From the NCBI GenBank assembly GCA_051942205.1, contig JAVECO010000128.1:1-64000 (forward strand): a DNA stretch of 64,000 nt, read 5' to 3'. Source of the DNA: Coniocarpon cinnabarinum (taxonomy: Eukaryota). The position numbers were made by a program, and so were the translations under genes. The notes beneath the pieces are model-generated. The model was given only the letters and a program-made list of their open reading frames with translations, ran no database searches and was not told the DNA's origin. Below, piece after piece: positions 49,693-61,986 of this stretch; the first letter of the stretch is position 1; each line of letters starts with the position of its first letter.

Positions 49693-51145
49693 ATGGCGAC
49701 CAGAACTGCGCATGGCCCACCATTTCGAGCAGAACACCTAGGGTCATTGCTCCGACCTCATGACCTGCTCGCAAAGCGAGAAGACGTCGACAATGGCAAG
49801 GCTGCTCAGAAAGACTTGACACCATTTGAAGACAAGTCTATTAAAGAAGTCGTACGACAGCAGTTGGACATTGGATTCCATGGTATCACGGATGGGGAGT
49901 ATCGGTAAGTTGAGCTAAGGTGTGCTTATCTGGTTAGTGAGCGTCTGGAGCTAATTGTCCCTCAAGTCGCCACATGTTTTGGGGTAAGCAAGCTTGACGG
50001 CAGGATCAAGCTTGTAGACTGAACTTGCCTAGGCACATTCTTCCCCAACCTCCACGGCATGAAGGAGATATTCAACCCACCTTTGGATATATTTCGAACG
50101 TACATGCCAGACATTGCTGCCTTCGTTGAGGACAAAGCGAAGCCCGGGGAGTCAGTAATTTGTACAGGGAAAATCTCCCACACGGGAACGTCCGCCAATC
50201 TGCCGCAATTTGAGTACATGAAAACGATTCTCCCGAAGGAACAGTGGGGTGACGTGAAGATGACGCTTCCAGCGCCAGAGTGGTAAGCCCGGACACCTTT
50301 GAAATGACTTCGGCTGGGGTGCAACCTCTAAAACAAAGGTCTTAGGTACCACATGAGGTATCGTGAAGGCCAAGCCTACTCCAAAGATGCCTACAACAAT
50401 GACGCAGACTACTTTCATGACATTGCAGTCGCCTATCAGCAGGAACTCGGTATTCTTTACCAGGCTGGGTTGAGGAACGTCCAGATTGATGATCCAAATT
50501 TTGCGTGTGAGCAACAAATGCGCTAGCAACACCACCTATGCCGTTCTCGCTGCTGATGAGAGTTCACTTTCAGACTTCTGTTCGCAGCAGCTTCTCGACG
50601 GGTGGAAAGAGGATAAAGCCAACAAGTACACGACTGACGAGCTTTTGGATACTTACATCAATTTTTACAACGAATGCGTTTCCAAAGCTCCTAAAGATAT
50701 GCACATTGGAGTACACATCTGTCGTGGTAACTTCGTCAACTCGCGACATTTTTCAGAGGGCGGCTACGACGCCATCGCCCAGAAGCTTTTCAAGGAACTC
50801 AACGTCTCCACGTTTTACCTCGAATATGACACGGCACGCGCCGGCACATTCACGCCGCTCGTTCATCTTCCTGCCAACAAGAAGGCCATTCTTGGTGTGA
50901 TCACCAGCAAGTTCCCACAATTGGAGGATAAGGCAAAGATGGTTGACCGCGTGCGCGAAGGGGCCAAGTATGTTGCCCAAGGGACTGGCAAGAGCGAAGC
51001 AGAAGCGGTAAAGCAGCTAGGGGTTAGTCCACAGTGTGGCTTCGCCAGCCATTCCGGAGGAAATTTGCTAGGCTATGACGATATGCTTAAAAAGCTGCAA
51101 TTGGTTCGAGCTATTGCGGATGAGGTCTGGCCCAATGAGGCCTGA
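49693..51145 (+). CDS. Single-domain cobalamin-independent methionine-synthase-like (UROD/MetE-like) protein, 5 exons including a 17-nt microexon
   Basis: PPFRAEHLGSLLRP, ITDGEYRRHMFW, VQIDDP; Zn ligands HICRGN, LEYD and SPQCGFAS. Lacks the N-terminal barrel of full MetE/Met6. Confidence 0.92.
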
Positions 51146-51869
51146 AGGCGTCACGGAATCTTCTACTAAGCAATGGGATGAGAGATTGCTCTACGGTTAA
51201 GGGCGCCACAGTCGGCTTTTGCAACGGCGTGAATCCTCCTCCTGCAATGATGGGCTGTGCGCATCTATGTACGGTGTGTGACTGTCTCGTCCTGTGAGAA
51301 CCAAGACGCCATCTAAGGGCTGGCTGAGGCCGGTGCGTAGAAGTCACGGGGCTTGAGTGAAGTATTGGTATTCCATAAACGCCAGAGTGACATAGCTACA
51401 CAGTATGATCGTTCCAGTAGCGAGAAATCAGGAGCAGTTTCAAATATTCGAGTGACGTGAAGCGTTCAAGAAGATTTTCCGCATAGGGTAGTACCTGATG
51501 GCAATCTGTGCGTCTTAGGAACTATTATCATCGCACGATTGGCCGAAGACAATGATTGATACCACTCAAGCGCGTCAGAACAGTATATTTGTGCTGACTC
51601 AGCATCTGTCGTTCTCAAAGCAGCATCAGACTCCGCCTTGGTGGGGGCCTACGGGAAGGTCTAGCTCATGGCCCAAGAGGCCACCTTGAATACCCACTCG
51701 CCCCAAAGTTTTCAGGCTACGTCGCATGCCGCAGAATCAGTAGGTGAACAAGTGGCGCAAACAAACACTGAGCAGCAACGATGCTACCTCAGTCGAGTTA
51801 CAGATGATCGTTGGACTTGTCGCTACGTTCCTCGTGGATTTTCAATAACTTCATCATTGATCAATCGTT

Positions 51870-52024
51870 GCAGCCCCCGTCCTACGACAAGCCTTTATTA
51901 TAAACATCAAGTCGTCATTGCCGACGGTCCCGAAATACGTCTCGTATGGGACTTCACACGTGTTCATGTTCTGTTCATAAAGAGACCCAGCATTCCGTTT
52001 CGTAATACACTCTCGTTCTCTTAA
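51870..52024 (+). pseudogene. Probable remnant of a DUF6601-like fungal gene
   Basis: PRP...HQVVIADGPEIRLVWDF...LFIKRP resembles the family's R-x-I-V-I-T-E-D-P-x-L-H-L-V-W...IFIKPLP motif (recalled, not searched). The ORF stops right after it. Confidence 0.4.
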
Positions 52025-52198
52025 GCCCTTCATTCTCTCACCTACGCTGACCGCTCTTTCATTTGCTTATGATCATTGCTCATCGACATTCATTGAAGGT
52101 CGTTTGCTTCATATATCGTCGTAACGACTCCACAGTTACGAAGCTGCTCAACAGCGCCCTTCTTTCGTATGACATATTAAACACCACAATCATCAAAC

Positions 52199-54199
52199 AT
52201 GAGCTCCAGCTTTCTCGTGGCTAATGCCACGCAGCCAGAACAGTTGCCTCCTAATATGTTGGACGGCATATTTCCCGGCTTCAGCATCTTTCGCAACATC
52301 ATACTTTCCAGCCTTGGCCTCGACATTGGCCTCGTTGTCACCTTGGCAGCTCTCATTGTTGGGCTCGGTAAAGCAGCCAGTCTTGTTTGGAGCTGGCTCT
52401 ATCTCAACGTCATTTCTTACTTCCTGACGACAGTCATCGTCAACGACAATGACGATCTTTTCGAATCGTTTAAGACTTGGGCATCAGATGGTGTCATTTC
52501 CCAACGTTCACGCACCACTGTTGCTGTCACACCGTGGCAGAATCTGCTCTTGTCATATGACTACTCAACCTCTCAGCACGCTTCATCGCCGAACAAAGTA
52601 TCGAACGACTCAGAGCGACTCTTCAATTTTCAAGAAGCTCAAGCAAACTCGCGCCTTCGGAACGAACTGCACTTCGATGCCACCTGGTTCTTCTTTCGCG
52701 GTCGCGTCTTCTTCGTTCAACGTGAGTCTCGCGAGCGTCCCGGCTCAATTAGTGCCAGCCGTCGTGAGGAGAAGCAACGTTTCGTCATCACTTCTATTGG
52801 TCGCTCACGGAAGCCGCTCATGAACCTGCTCGAACACGTTCGAAAAGAGAATGCGCATGCTGAGCAGGATGTCACAAAGGTCGTTCGGCCAGAGAATCGC
52901 TTCGGGGAGGGCGAATGGACGACTGCCACAACACGCACGATACGAAGCCTTCAAAGCGTCATCATGGAACATGAGCAGAAAGCTCTCGTCACACGTGATC
53001 TGAACACTTTCATCTGGCCAGAGTCAGCTCAATGGTACGCTTCGCGTGGCATTCCTTACCGCCGCGGCTACCTCTTCTCTGGCCCGCCAGGTACGGGCAA
53101 GACTTCACTTGCCTTCGCGCTGTCAGGTCTGTTCGGGCTGAAGCTGCATGTCTTGTCTCTCACCGACAAGACAATCACCGATTCCAGCTTGTTGACACTA
53201 TTTTGCAATCTGCCAGACCGCTGCATAGTCCTTCTTGAAGACGTGGATGCTGCAGGCCTTGGTCGTGATAATGTGGTCACTGGCCAAGACGAGTCAGACG
53301 AGGGAGGCGCTGCGGACGATGATGACGAAGTGATAGGTTTCATGACTCCTGAAAAGGAGCCCTCGAAGTCGAAGGTCAGTCTTTCGGGGCTACTGAATGC
53401 CATTGATGGTGTTGCGACCCATGAGGGACGTGTCATCATTATGACATCCAACTGTCCTGAAGAGCTTGACCCGGCCCTTATTCGTCCTGGGCGGATTGAC
53501 GAACACATTCGCTTCAATCTTGCGACGCACGACCAAATATCAGAACTCTTCTTGGCAATGTATTCGTCTAATCCGCAGCACGCAACCGACTCACAGACGC
53601 TGGGGACTGCGATCGTTGACATCAAGAACGCCGGCTCGCGTGTTTCCGATGTTCCCGGATACAGCATGGATGAGCTCCGTGAAATGAGCGTAGTGTTCGC
53701 TCACGCGATCCCAGAGAGCTACTTCTCTCCGGCGGAGATTCAGAACTTCCTGCTGCCCCAAGACCGTCGTTGCGATCCGCGCGCCGCCCTGGAACAAATT
53801 GAATTCTGGGTATGGAAGACGAAGAGCGAGAAAGAGAACAAAACTGAAGACGGTAAGAAGCCGCAATCGGACAAGGAAGACAAAGGCATGCAGACGAAGG
53901 ACATTGAGAACGTCTCAGCGAGCAAAGCAAGCTTGGCCGATCTTTGCGACGGCGATTCTGGCGTCAAGACCCCAGAGACGGATGACACCGCCGTTGAGGA
54001 AGTCGACGCCTCTGGGGAAGTGAAGAAGATTGTACCCGAAGACACCAAAATTCAGGAAATCGACGAACGCGCGATGGTGGACAAGGTAGAACCCGAATTC
54101 GCAGCTGGGAAAATCAGTCTTGACTCGGTCGAGAATGGCGACGCGTGGAGTCGTCCACTCAGTCGCCACAATGGTGTCGCGGCTGCTGCAGCACACTGA
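52199..54199 (+). CDS. BCS1-family AAA+ ATPase (fungal expanded paralog type), single exon
   Basis: N-terminal TM segment, WFFFRGRVFFVQR, WYASRGIPYRRGYLFSGPPGTGKTS, LLEDVD, VSLSGLLNAIDGV, LDPALIRPGRID, FSPAEIQNFL; acidic tail. Confidence 0.93.
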   Translation: MSSSFLVANATQPEQLPPNMLDGIFPGFSIFRNIILSSLGLDIGLVVTLAALIVGLGKAASLVWSWLYLNVISYFLTTVIVNDNDDLFESFKTWASDGVISQRSRTTVAVTPWQNLLLSYDYSTSQHASSPNKVSNDSERLFNFQEAQANSRLRNELHFDATWFFFRGRVFFVQRESRERPGSISASRREEKQRFVITSIGRSRKPLMNLLEHVRKENAHAEQDVTKVVRPENRFGEGEWTTATTRTIRSLQSVIMEHEQKALVTRDLNTFIWPESAQWYASRGIPYRRGYLFSGPPGTGKTSLAFALSGLFGLKLHVLSLTDKTITDSSLLTLFCNLPDRCIVLLEDVDAAGLGRDNVVTGQDESDEGGAADDDDEVIGFMTPEKEPSKSKVSLSGLLNAIDGVATHEGRVIIMTSNCPEELDPALIRPGRIDEHIRFNLATHDQISELFLAMYSSNPQHATDSQTLGTAIVDIKNAGSRVSDVPGYSMDELREMSVVFAHAIPESYFSPAEIQNFLLPQDRRCDPRAALEQIEFWVWKTKSEKENKTEDGKKPQSDKEDKGMQTKDIENVSASKASLADLCDGDSGVKTPETDDTAVEEVDASGEVKKIVPEDTKIQEIDERAMVDKVEPEFAAGKISLDSVENGDAWSRPLSRHNGVAAAAAH

Positions 54200-55153
54200 G
54201 CAGCAGTATACACGCCCAAGATAGCGCGCGGCTCATTCTAAAGGTTGGGGAAGAGCAATGAGGTGGGTGTGGCAAGCAGCAAATTGCGAGGTGTTCTAGG
54301 CGCCCGCAGGCGCCTTCACAATGTGTATAGGAGCGACTAGCTCATTAAATTCACGTGTTGGTCGCATTTCAGTGCTGTCTCATCGATCCTCTTGAATTTT
54401 GGTCTTGAACTCGCTCTCTACTTCTGACCGAGCTCTCCGCGGGCACTCGTCGGCTGTACCCGAGGTGGTCCTTTCGCATGCAACGTGCGGCTTGCAGCAA
54501 GCAGGGACAGCGGCAGCAGCAATAACACGTCCACAGTGGACACTCCCAACTCCCGTCCTCAGCGGCACTGGGGCGGTTACAGCACGGCACGTGACGGTAG
54601 CATTATCGAGCATGCCTTGCACCCCTGACTACGAGGCGTGCGGGTGATTGGCTAGCGAACGAAGGGAACGGGGTGCTAGCGCGGGCGCTAGATTGGCACG
54701 TGCCGCAACACGGCGCCGCGGTCTCCTTCCTCTTCTCAATTTCACCTCGACGGGGGACCATCCCTTCGAGTCCTCCAGCTGCTTCTGCTCTTGTGTCCTT
54801 TCCCTTGTCGTCGCCTTCACGTTCTTTACGCACGCTCTTTAGCATCATCCCAGTCGTTCATTAATCGCTGGCTCACGCCTGTACAGCGCCGCCCCTGGCG
54901 CACATCTGAGGCTCATCTCCACCACCAGCTCCGTCAGTCTGCCAGGTGCTGTGCCGCGCTGGCTCATACAACACATGTTAACTGTCGACGTGTATTGGAT
55001 TGCATTCGGTCATAGTCGCCATTCTCACGCCTGAGGACCTCGAATCTCGCAACGGGGAGCATGCGGACGCGTGGTTGCAGCACCGGGTTCTAGAGAGAGA
55101 GAGGGGTTTCGAACGTCTGCAAAGGGACAGGGATCTGCTGTCCATCTCGAACC

Positions 55154-57632
55154 ATGGCCGCGGCTCTACATCATGTTTCCATGCTGCCCACCATCAAGTG
55201 CTCCAACTGCGGGTCTGAGATAGAGATTTCCATGGTGGGCGAGCATTCCTGTAGGTTTCCATTTCCATGAACATTGCTAGCGCATCGTGAAAAGATACAT
55301 ATGGCTTACCCTTGCTACAGGTACCGACAAACAGCCAAGCACCGTCTCTATCGAGCAGGTCCCTGCTTTAACACCTTTCGCGCCGCCCAAGCATTCCTCA
55401 CCTCTTTACCAAGTCGAGTTTCAAGATGATGACGATGTACGCTCGCGATCACCCTCACCAATCTTGAGCAACACGCTTCGGACGCAACCGCAGAAGCCAG
55501 CCAGCATTGATACCAGTGCAGCTTGTAGGTGGCAAGGATATCATCACAGGTTTTTCTTGGCGCTAAACAGATAATCAGACGATGTTCACGACTATGCCGA
55601 GCCCCCAACGCCAGCGGAGAGTCTGATTGTACCTGACATAACGCCAACTTCCTCAAACTCAGAAGACCGATCGCCTTCATTACTGGAGCCTCCCCAGAGC
55701 AGCACAACACCGCAGTTCCCAACTCCTATCACCGAGCCACAGACCGCTTCACAATCGCGCCCGTCTTCTCCTGATCTGTTCGGTAGACCTCAACCAAAAT
55801 TACAGCAACCGACCTTCCCGACAACCTTAAGTCAACAGCGCCCCCGCAGTCCGTTGAGCCAATTTTCGTACGTTGCAGACCCCGGACCACAAGCCAACCC
55901 TGGTGCTCCGCCTCCTTTGCGTGTGAGCATACCTCCTCACGGTCGACAAGCAAGCGGTAGTAGCCTGAGCGCTGCTCCTCATGAACGGCATCGGAAGAGT
56001 CCAAGCCTCGAGAAGCAGAAGCGCCAATCTGGCGGTTCCGCAGAAGAGAAGAAGATTCTGGGCCTGTTTCGTCGGAAAAGCTCGAAGAGCGTATCCAAGA
56101 AGAATGTCTCCTCACCAATCGTTGGACCCAACGATCGGGTGCCTGAGATTCCTTGCTTACCTATCGGATCTCATCCTAACAATCTATCGATGGCATCTGC
56201 TTCGATTGGCACCAGTGTCGTTCCAGGTAGCCGTGCATTGCCTACAGGACCTGCGCCACCACGACCAGCGCGGCCTGAAAGTCTTGACGATGTGACAGAT
56301 CCGACCCATGCTGTATCTGCTGCAGCACTCACACCAGCAGGAGACTCTGCAAGAAGACCGCCGGTTGCACCAGCATTGCCACCGCCACCACAACCCACCT
56401 TGCCAAACCTCCCTGAAGCTCCTCGAGGCCGCTCCTTTGAAATGCAGAGACAGCAGCGAAACTCTGACGCATCTGTGTACGGAGAGCTCAATGCTTCGCC
56501 TGAGCGACCTTTACAGAACCCTGCTGGACTCCCGCAAATCAGTGAGGAAGATGACACGCCGGCCTCAGCGCCGGATGCCAGTCGGCCACCCTCAGCTTGG
56601 CCTGGGGATCGACTGCGCGCCTCGAGCGGCTCTCGACATACGGCCTCCGAATCCACCTCGTCCAATGGATCTCGCTTCGGGTTTGATGACCGCTCGACCA
56701 GTTCTGTCTCGAGCCCGCCCACATCGAGTGCATCTAGCTTTCAATCCAAGGATCTCTCAGACGAGCCTCGTACAATTACAAGCTTCTCGTCGGAGCCCTC
56801 AACAGTCTCTCCCCGGATAGGCACTTCACCACGAACAGCCAATTTTAGTAGACCACGGGCTCCTACCGTCAACACGTCTCCAGATCCTGCAGGGCCTTTA
56901 CCAAGCCCTGGATTTAGGGGTTTCTCTACTTCCGTAGACTCACCAAGTGAGCCCGCAACACCAAATGAGAGGTCTTTCGAATCGGTGGAGCAAACTAACC
57001 CTGCACAACTTGCACCACCGCGTGCGCATCTACAGGCGCCCACGTTACAGCCAGTGAGCTACCAGCGTGGACCTGCGCCTCCGAAACCTACTTCTCAGCC
57101 TTTCGTACGACCCCCTCTGCCTCCCATGCCGGAAGAACCAAGACAGGAACCCTCAAGACGGCCGAATCTAAGCCGCAGCAAGTCTACAGCGTCGAAGGGT
57201 CAATGCCGGGGTTGCAACCAAGACATCACTGGGAAGTCGGTAAAGGCTGCCGATGGACGCTTGACTGGCCGTTGGCACAAAGAGTGTTTCTCGTGCAAGA
57301 CATGCAAATCACCTTTCCTGACGGCGGACTTCTACGTACTGCGTGATGAACCCTACTGCAGCCACCACTACCACATGCTGAACAATTCTCTCTGCCGATC
57401 TTGCCACACAGGCATCGAAGGGCGATATTTTGAGATTGATGGCCGGCGCCGCTTCCACACTGGCTGCTTTGCGTGCGCCGACTGCAGGCGGCCTCTAGCC
57501 GGCGACTACTTCGAGATGGCGAACCGCTTCTACTGTGAAGTAGATGCCCAGCGGTTTCACCAACGAACACATCACTTGAATCCCGGACGCAGATTTCCGG
57601 AGCGCCGGACGACAAAGCTGATGGAAATGTGA
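55154..57632 (+). CDS. Paxillin-like protein with two C-terminal LIM domains, 3 exons
   Basis: Exon 1 MAAALHHVSMLPTIKCSNCGSEIEISMVGEHSC; Pro/Ser-rich middle; LIM CRGC...WHKECFSCKTC...YCSHH and CRSC...FHTGCFACADC...YCEVD; ERRTTKL tail. Two GTAGGT-donor introns restore the frame. Confidence 0.9.
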
Positions 57633-59358
57633 GCGTGACAGCGTGACGTGGAATGCTGACCCTTTCTTGAATACTATTTGTAATTGCACGACCATGTACG
57701 TTTTCGGAAGCAGATTTGTGACACGTGAAGCCACGTATGGAAAGTCCAAGGCGAGATCTAGTTACGAATATACCCCTGAAGATGGGTGCACTCTGAGAAA
57801 CCAGGCACATGCGACAGTTTTAGACACGATGCAACCAAGTTGTTTGTCGACGCTTGCGGCGCCAGCGCGATTTGGAGTTGGTCAAAGCGGCAAGCCAGCG
57901 GGCAGGGGAGAGTCGAGTCGGGCGAGCAACAGTTCATGACGTGGGCGCGATGACTCTATTTTAGTGCATGTAATAACAGCGTGCTCGGGCGCTGACACAA
58001 CGGGCCCCTGGTCGAGTCGTCATGGCCGGCCGGTTGGGGGTTGTCTCGGCAGGGAGGGTGTGCTCGCCTGCGCTCTCGGTGGAAGACTGGGCACGCTGGG
58101 TCGTTGTATCGGAGAGCGTTGGGTGACCTTAGCGGCCTACTGGACTAGCGATAGAGTTCGGCTGAGGCTGAAGAAGAGAGAGGGCGGCGAGGCGCGACGT
58201 GGAAGGTGGGCGCGGTGGTGTCAGCGCGAGCGTTGGGATGGAGCGGAGGGTGTGAGGATACTCGGTATGCGTGGGAGCCAGGTGAGAGCTGGTGTTTGCG
58301 TTTGCGGCGGCTAACCCAGTCACCAGTCACCCCGTCAAGCGACGCAGCTGATCCCGGGCCTGGCGCCTGGCAAGTCAGGCACCCCCTGGATTACGGACTA
58401 CTCTGCGGTCCCGTTTGTGCGCTGGCGCCGAATCGGGCTTACTGCCCTGTGGTAGCCTCTATCCTTCCTGGCACCCTGCACTGATCTCCTCCCCCCCAGG
58501 TGCCCCCCAGCTTCCCTTCCTCAAGCCCACACACACTTCCACACGCCTCTCCCTCGTCCTCTTGCTTTCCACCGCTCCGCTGCCTTTCTAATTCCATCGA
58601 CCTCGCAGCCTGATTCTTCTTCCCTCTCTCCTCTCTCCTCTCTCGTGTGTGGCGACGCGGCTCATGAGAACCTCCCTTCTCCTCCTCCTCCTATACAAGC
58701 ATCGCTTCCTCATTCCTGCCTGCTCCTCCTCCTCCTCTGCCTGCCGGACGGAAAAGGGTGCCTGAATCCTGTGGCTGTTGCCCCTTCTGCCGCGCCCCCC
58801 CCAGCTGTTTCGATTTCTGCCGATCGTGCTGCTGGACCCGCGCCTTCGCCCATACCTCCCTCACCACCTCGCTCCCATCTCTTCCCTCCTGTGTCGCAGC
58901 TGCACGGCTCGCTCTGTTCACGCGCATACTCGTGCGCGCCCCCCAGCTCCGCCCTGCGGCTCCTCCTCGCCCTGCCGGCTTCCTCACCTCACCGCATCTC
59001 CCACCTCATTGGTACACTAGACCCGCATTACCGTCGACCCTTCTCTCCCACCTCCCTTGTCACGATCCCACTTTGACTCCTCGACTGTTGACAGCCGGGG
59101 AGCCTGTTTGACCTGTTCAACCTGTTCGAGTACATATCATCTGTCGCGGCGGAGACTCTGGTCGATTGCCCTACTGTCTGAGTTTGCCACTACCACGCCT
59201 CCCCTGGGTCGCATAGACGCGAAGTCCCCGCATTCCATAGCCCCGGATTGCCTGTCGAATCTAACTCCAAAGAGATCGTGGCAAGCGATATCTGTCATTT
59301 TTAAAGATCTTCACCTTCCACCTTTCATCTCGTCTGGATCGATCGGACCCGCGCCAAG

Positions 59359-60597
59359 ATGGGGTGCAGCGCAAGCTCCGAGGAGAAGGTCCTGAGGCAG
59401 CGGAATGAAGAGATTGAGAATCAGTTGAAGAAAGATAGGATGAACCAACGCAATGAGATCAAGATGCTACTGCTTGGTACGTAATACTTTCCAAGACCCC
59501 TTTTTTTGCCCCATACATGTCTTATTTCTCGTCCAGGTGCTGGAGAATCGGGCAAGTCCACAATTCTGAAACAAATGAAACTCATCCATGAGGGTGGCTA
59601 TACACGGGACGAATGCGAATCGTTCAAGGAAATTATATACAGTAACACCGTGCAATCTATGCGCGTGATACTGGAGGCAATGGAGTCACTCGAGTTACCG
59701 CTTGACTCGCAAGAGAATGAGTTTCATGTTCAGACTATTTTTATGCAGCCCAACCAGATCGAAGGCGATAGCATGCCTGCCGAGGTGGGCAAGGCCGTGT
59801 CGGCTTTGTGGCATGACGCAGGCGTGCAACAGTGCTTCCAACGATCCCGCGAGTATCAATTGAACGATTCAGCAAAATAGTGAGTGACTTTCCGCCAATC
59901 GAATCTGCCCTATGAGACTTGATGAGCTTACCTATTGTCCAGCTACTTTGACGCGATCGACCGCATTTCATTACCCGACTACGTCCCCAATGACCAGGAT
60001 GTCCTCCGGTCACGTGTCAAGACCACTGGCATCACGGAAACCACATTCATTATTGGCGACCTCACCTACCGCATGTTTGATGTGGGCGGACAACGATCGG
60101 AGCGGAAAAAGTGGATACATTGTTTCGAGAACGTGACGACAATTCTATTTCTGGTGGCCATCTCTGAGTACGATCAATTACTGTTCGAAGACGAAACAGT
60201 CAATCGCATGCAAGAAGCGCTCACATTGTTTGATTCAATCTGTAACTCGCGATGGTTTACGAAAACATCGATAATACTCTTCCTCAACAAGATCGATCGG
60301 TTCAAAGAGAAGCTCCCGGTGAGCCCGATGAAGAACTATTTCCCCGACTACGAGGGAGGACCCGAGTACGGCGCCGCATGCGACTACATACTGCACCGCT
60401 TCGTCTCTTTAAATCAACAAGAGACGAAACAGGTGTACACGCACTTTACGTGTGCGACTGACACACAGCAGATCCGCTTTGTCATGAATGCAGTCAACGG
60501 TGAGTCTTCGGAACAGCGCTCCAGTACCGTTCCGCCTTTCTAATCAGTCGCAGACATCATCATCCAAGAGAACCTACGGCTGTGCGGCCTCATCTAG
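59359..60597 (+). CDS. fadA: Heterotrimeric G-protein alpha subunit, group I (FadA/GNA-1 type), 4 exons
   Basis: MGCSAS myristoylation site, [41 protein letters not shown]-terminal ENLRLCGLI. Confidence 0.95.
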
Positions 60598-61986
60598 GAT
60601 GCCTGCATGCGACCGCAAACGGATACACTACGCTTGAGAGATACCCTGAATTGATACACTGTCTATCACGATGAGAGTCGACTGTACGCTATGGGCGGAG
60701 AAGCGAAGACCGGCGTCAAGGCGAGCGAGGGCGTTGATATTGTTTTTTCTTATTTGGCTTGTTCATGATAATGCTGTTCTGGATGGCATTCGGCATGGCG
60801 ACGCGGTCATGGTGTTGCAAGCGCACTTGTTATGAGGCAGCGAAGGATTGCCCGGAAAAGCAGCAGCAGCGGCAGATGTCTTTGTATGTCCTTGGTCACA
60901 CATGGGCGGTGGGCACGTGAAAGGGAAGGGAAGGACGAGGCAGGTCACAGAGCGAGGAAGCACAAAGCAAAGAGAAGGATCATCCGGCTAGACACAGGGA
61001 TCGGCGGTGGACGTGGATTGGAGAGTCCGGTGCTGCTATGTAACGAAGCGAAGCTGAAAGAGCCATCATGTCCAGTCGTACGACCGTTGTTTTCCTCCGT
61101 TGTCGTGGGCGAGAGATGTCGAGGCAACTGCCGAGAGGTGAAATATGCTTTTGGGGAGACCCCTGCTGCAGGCGAGGTCGCGAGAGCTTGGCCGAGCACG
61201 AACAGTAAGAGGTCGACGGAGGTCTGTGGCGTGGCAGCTGTCACAGCTTTCAGCGTCGGGCTGTACTCCGACGTGGTGGGCGGAGGGCGGTGATTGAAGC
61301 GTTGCGTGGAGCTACGTGATGGAGAGGATGTGGCGTGGGCGAGGAGGGGGCGTCAGTGGTGCACTGGAGGCGGGAGTGGGGCGCGTGCGAGAGGGTGGAT
61401 GGCAGGCTCTACGTCAGACGGTGGTGTGTGTAGGAGGAAAAGCTTGGTGTTCTGGCTTGGCCGGGCCGACGGGGGTTTGTGTGGACGCAGTCTTAACGGC
61501 GCGGATCTGCAATCGTGGTGGTCTGCTTCTTCTCTGCACACGCTTTTGCCAGCTCCGTCGGCCGTCGGTGATGCTGTGTGTGTGTGCTTGAAGGGTGAGT
61601 TGCTATCAAGTAAGAGGTGCAGGGCGTTTGTCCTGAGCGTGGTGCCTTGGTGCCTTGAATCTGCTGTAGCCCCGCGCTTAACCCCGCGTGTTGGTGTTGT
61701 CAGTGCCCAGTCAGCGCCGCCCTCCAGACCAACGCAGCATTGCCGTACCAGACGGGGGCCACGGGGGCCACGGGGGCCAGCGTTAGGGGCACAGCGCCCA
61801 GTTGTCAGGGGCCAGAGCCAGTAACAGCCAGTAACACAGCCCCCACCCAACGCCCAGCGCAGGGTGTCACGGCTCTTGCTCCTGCTAGCACCGCCCGCCT
61901 GGAGCAAGTCACGCCGTACCCGCTCGCCCCCTCGACTCCCCTCGTTCGAGATCGCGGTGCGGTGCCTGGCGTGTGGCGTGCTGGAT

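Noticed and set aside
45390..54199. Two sugar transporters, MetE-like and BCS1-like genes as a metabolic gene cluster
   Set aside because: No backbone enzyme, glycosidase or pathway transcription factor, and the functions do not form a pathway.
57964..59358. ORFs upstream of G-alpha (likewise 60763-61986 upstream of PSD2)
   Set aside because: Low-complexity GC/CT-rich promoter and long-leader sequence typical of fungal signalling genes; non-ATG starts.
60634..60656. TPP-riboswitch-like words TGAGA-GATACCC-TGAATTGAT after the G-alpha stop
   Set aside because: The downstream GNTAATNC-NGCG element and pairing stems are absent, and the gene is unrelated to thiamine. Better explained by the GATACC 3'-UTR motif.
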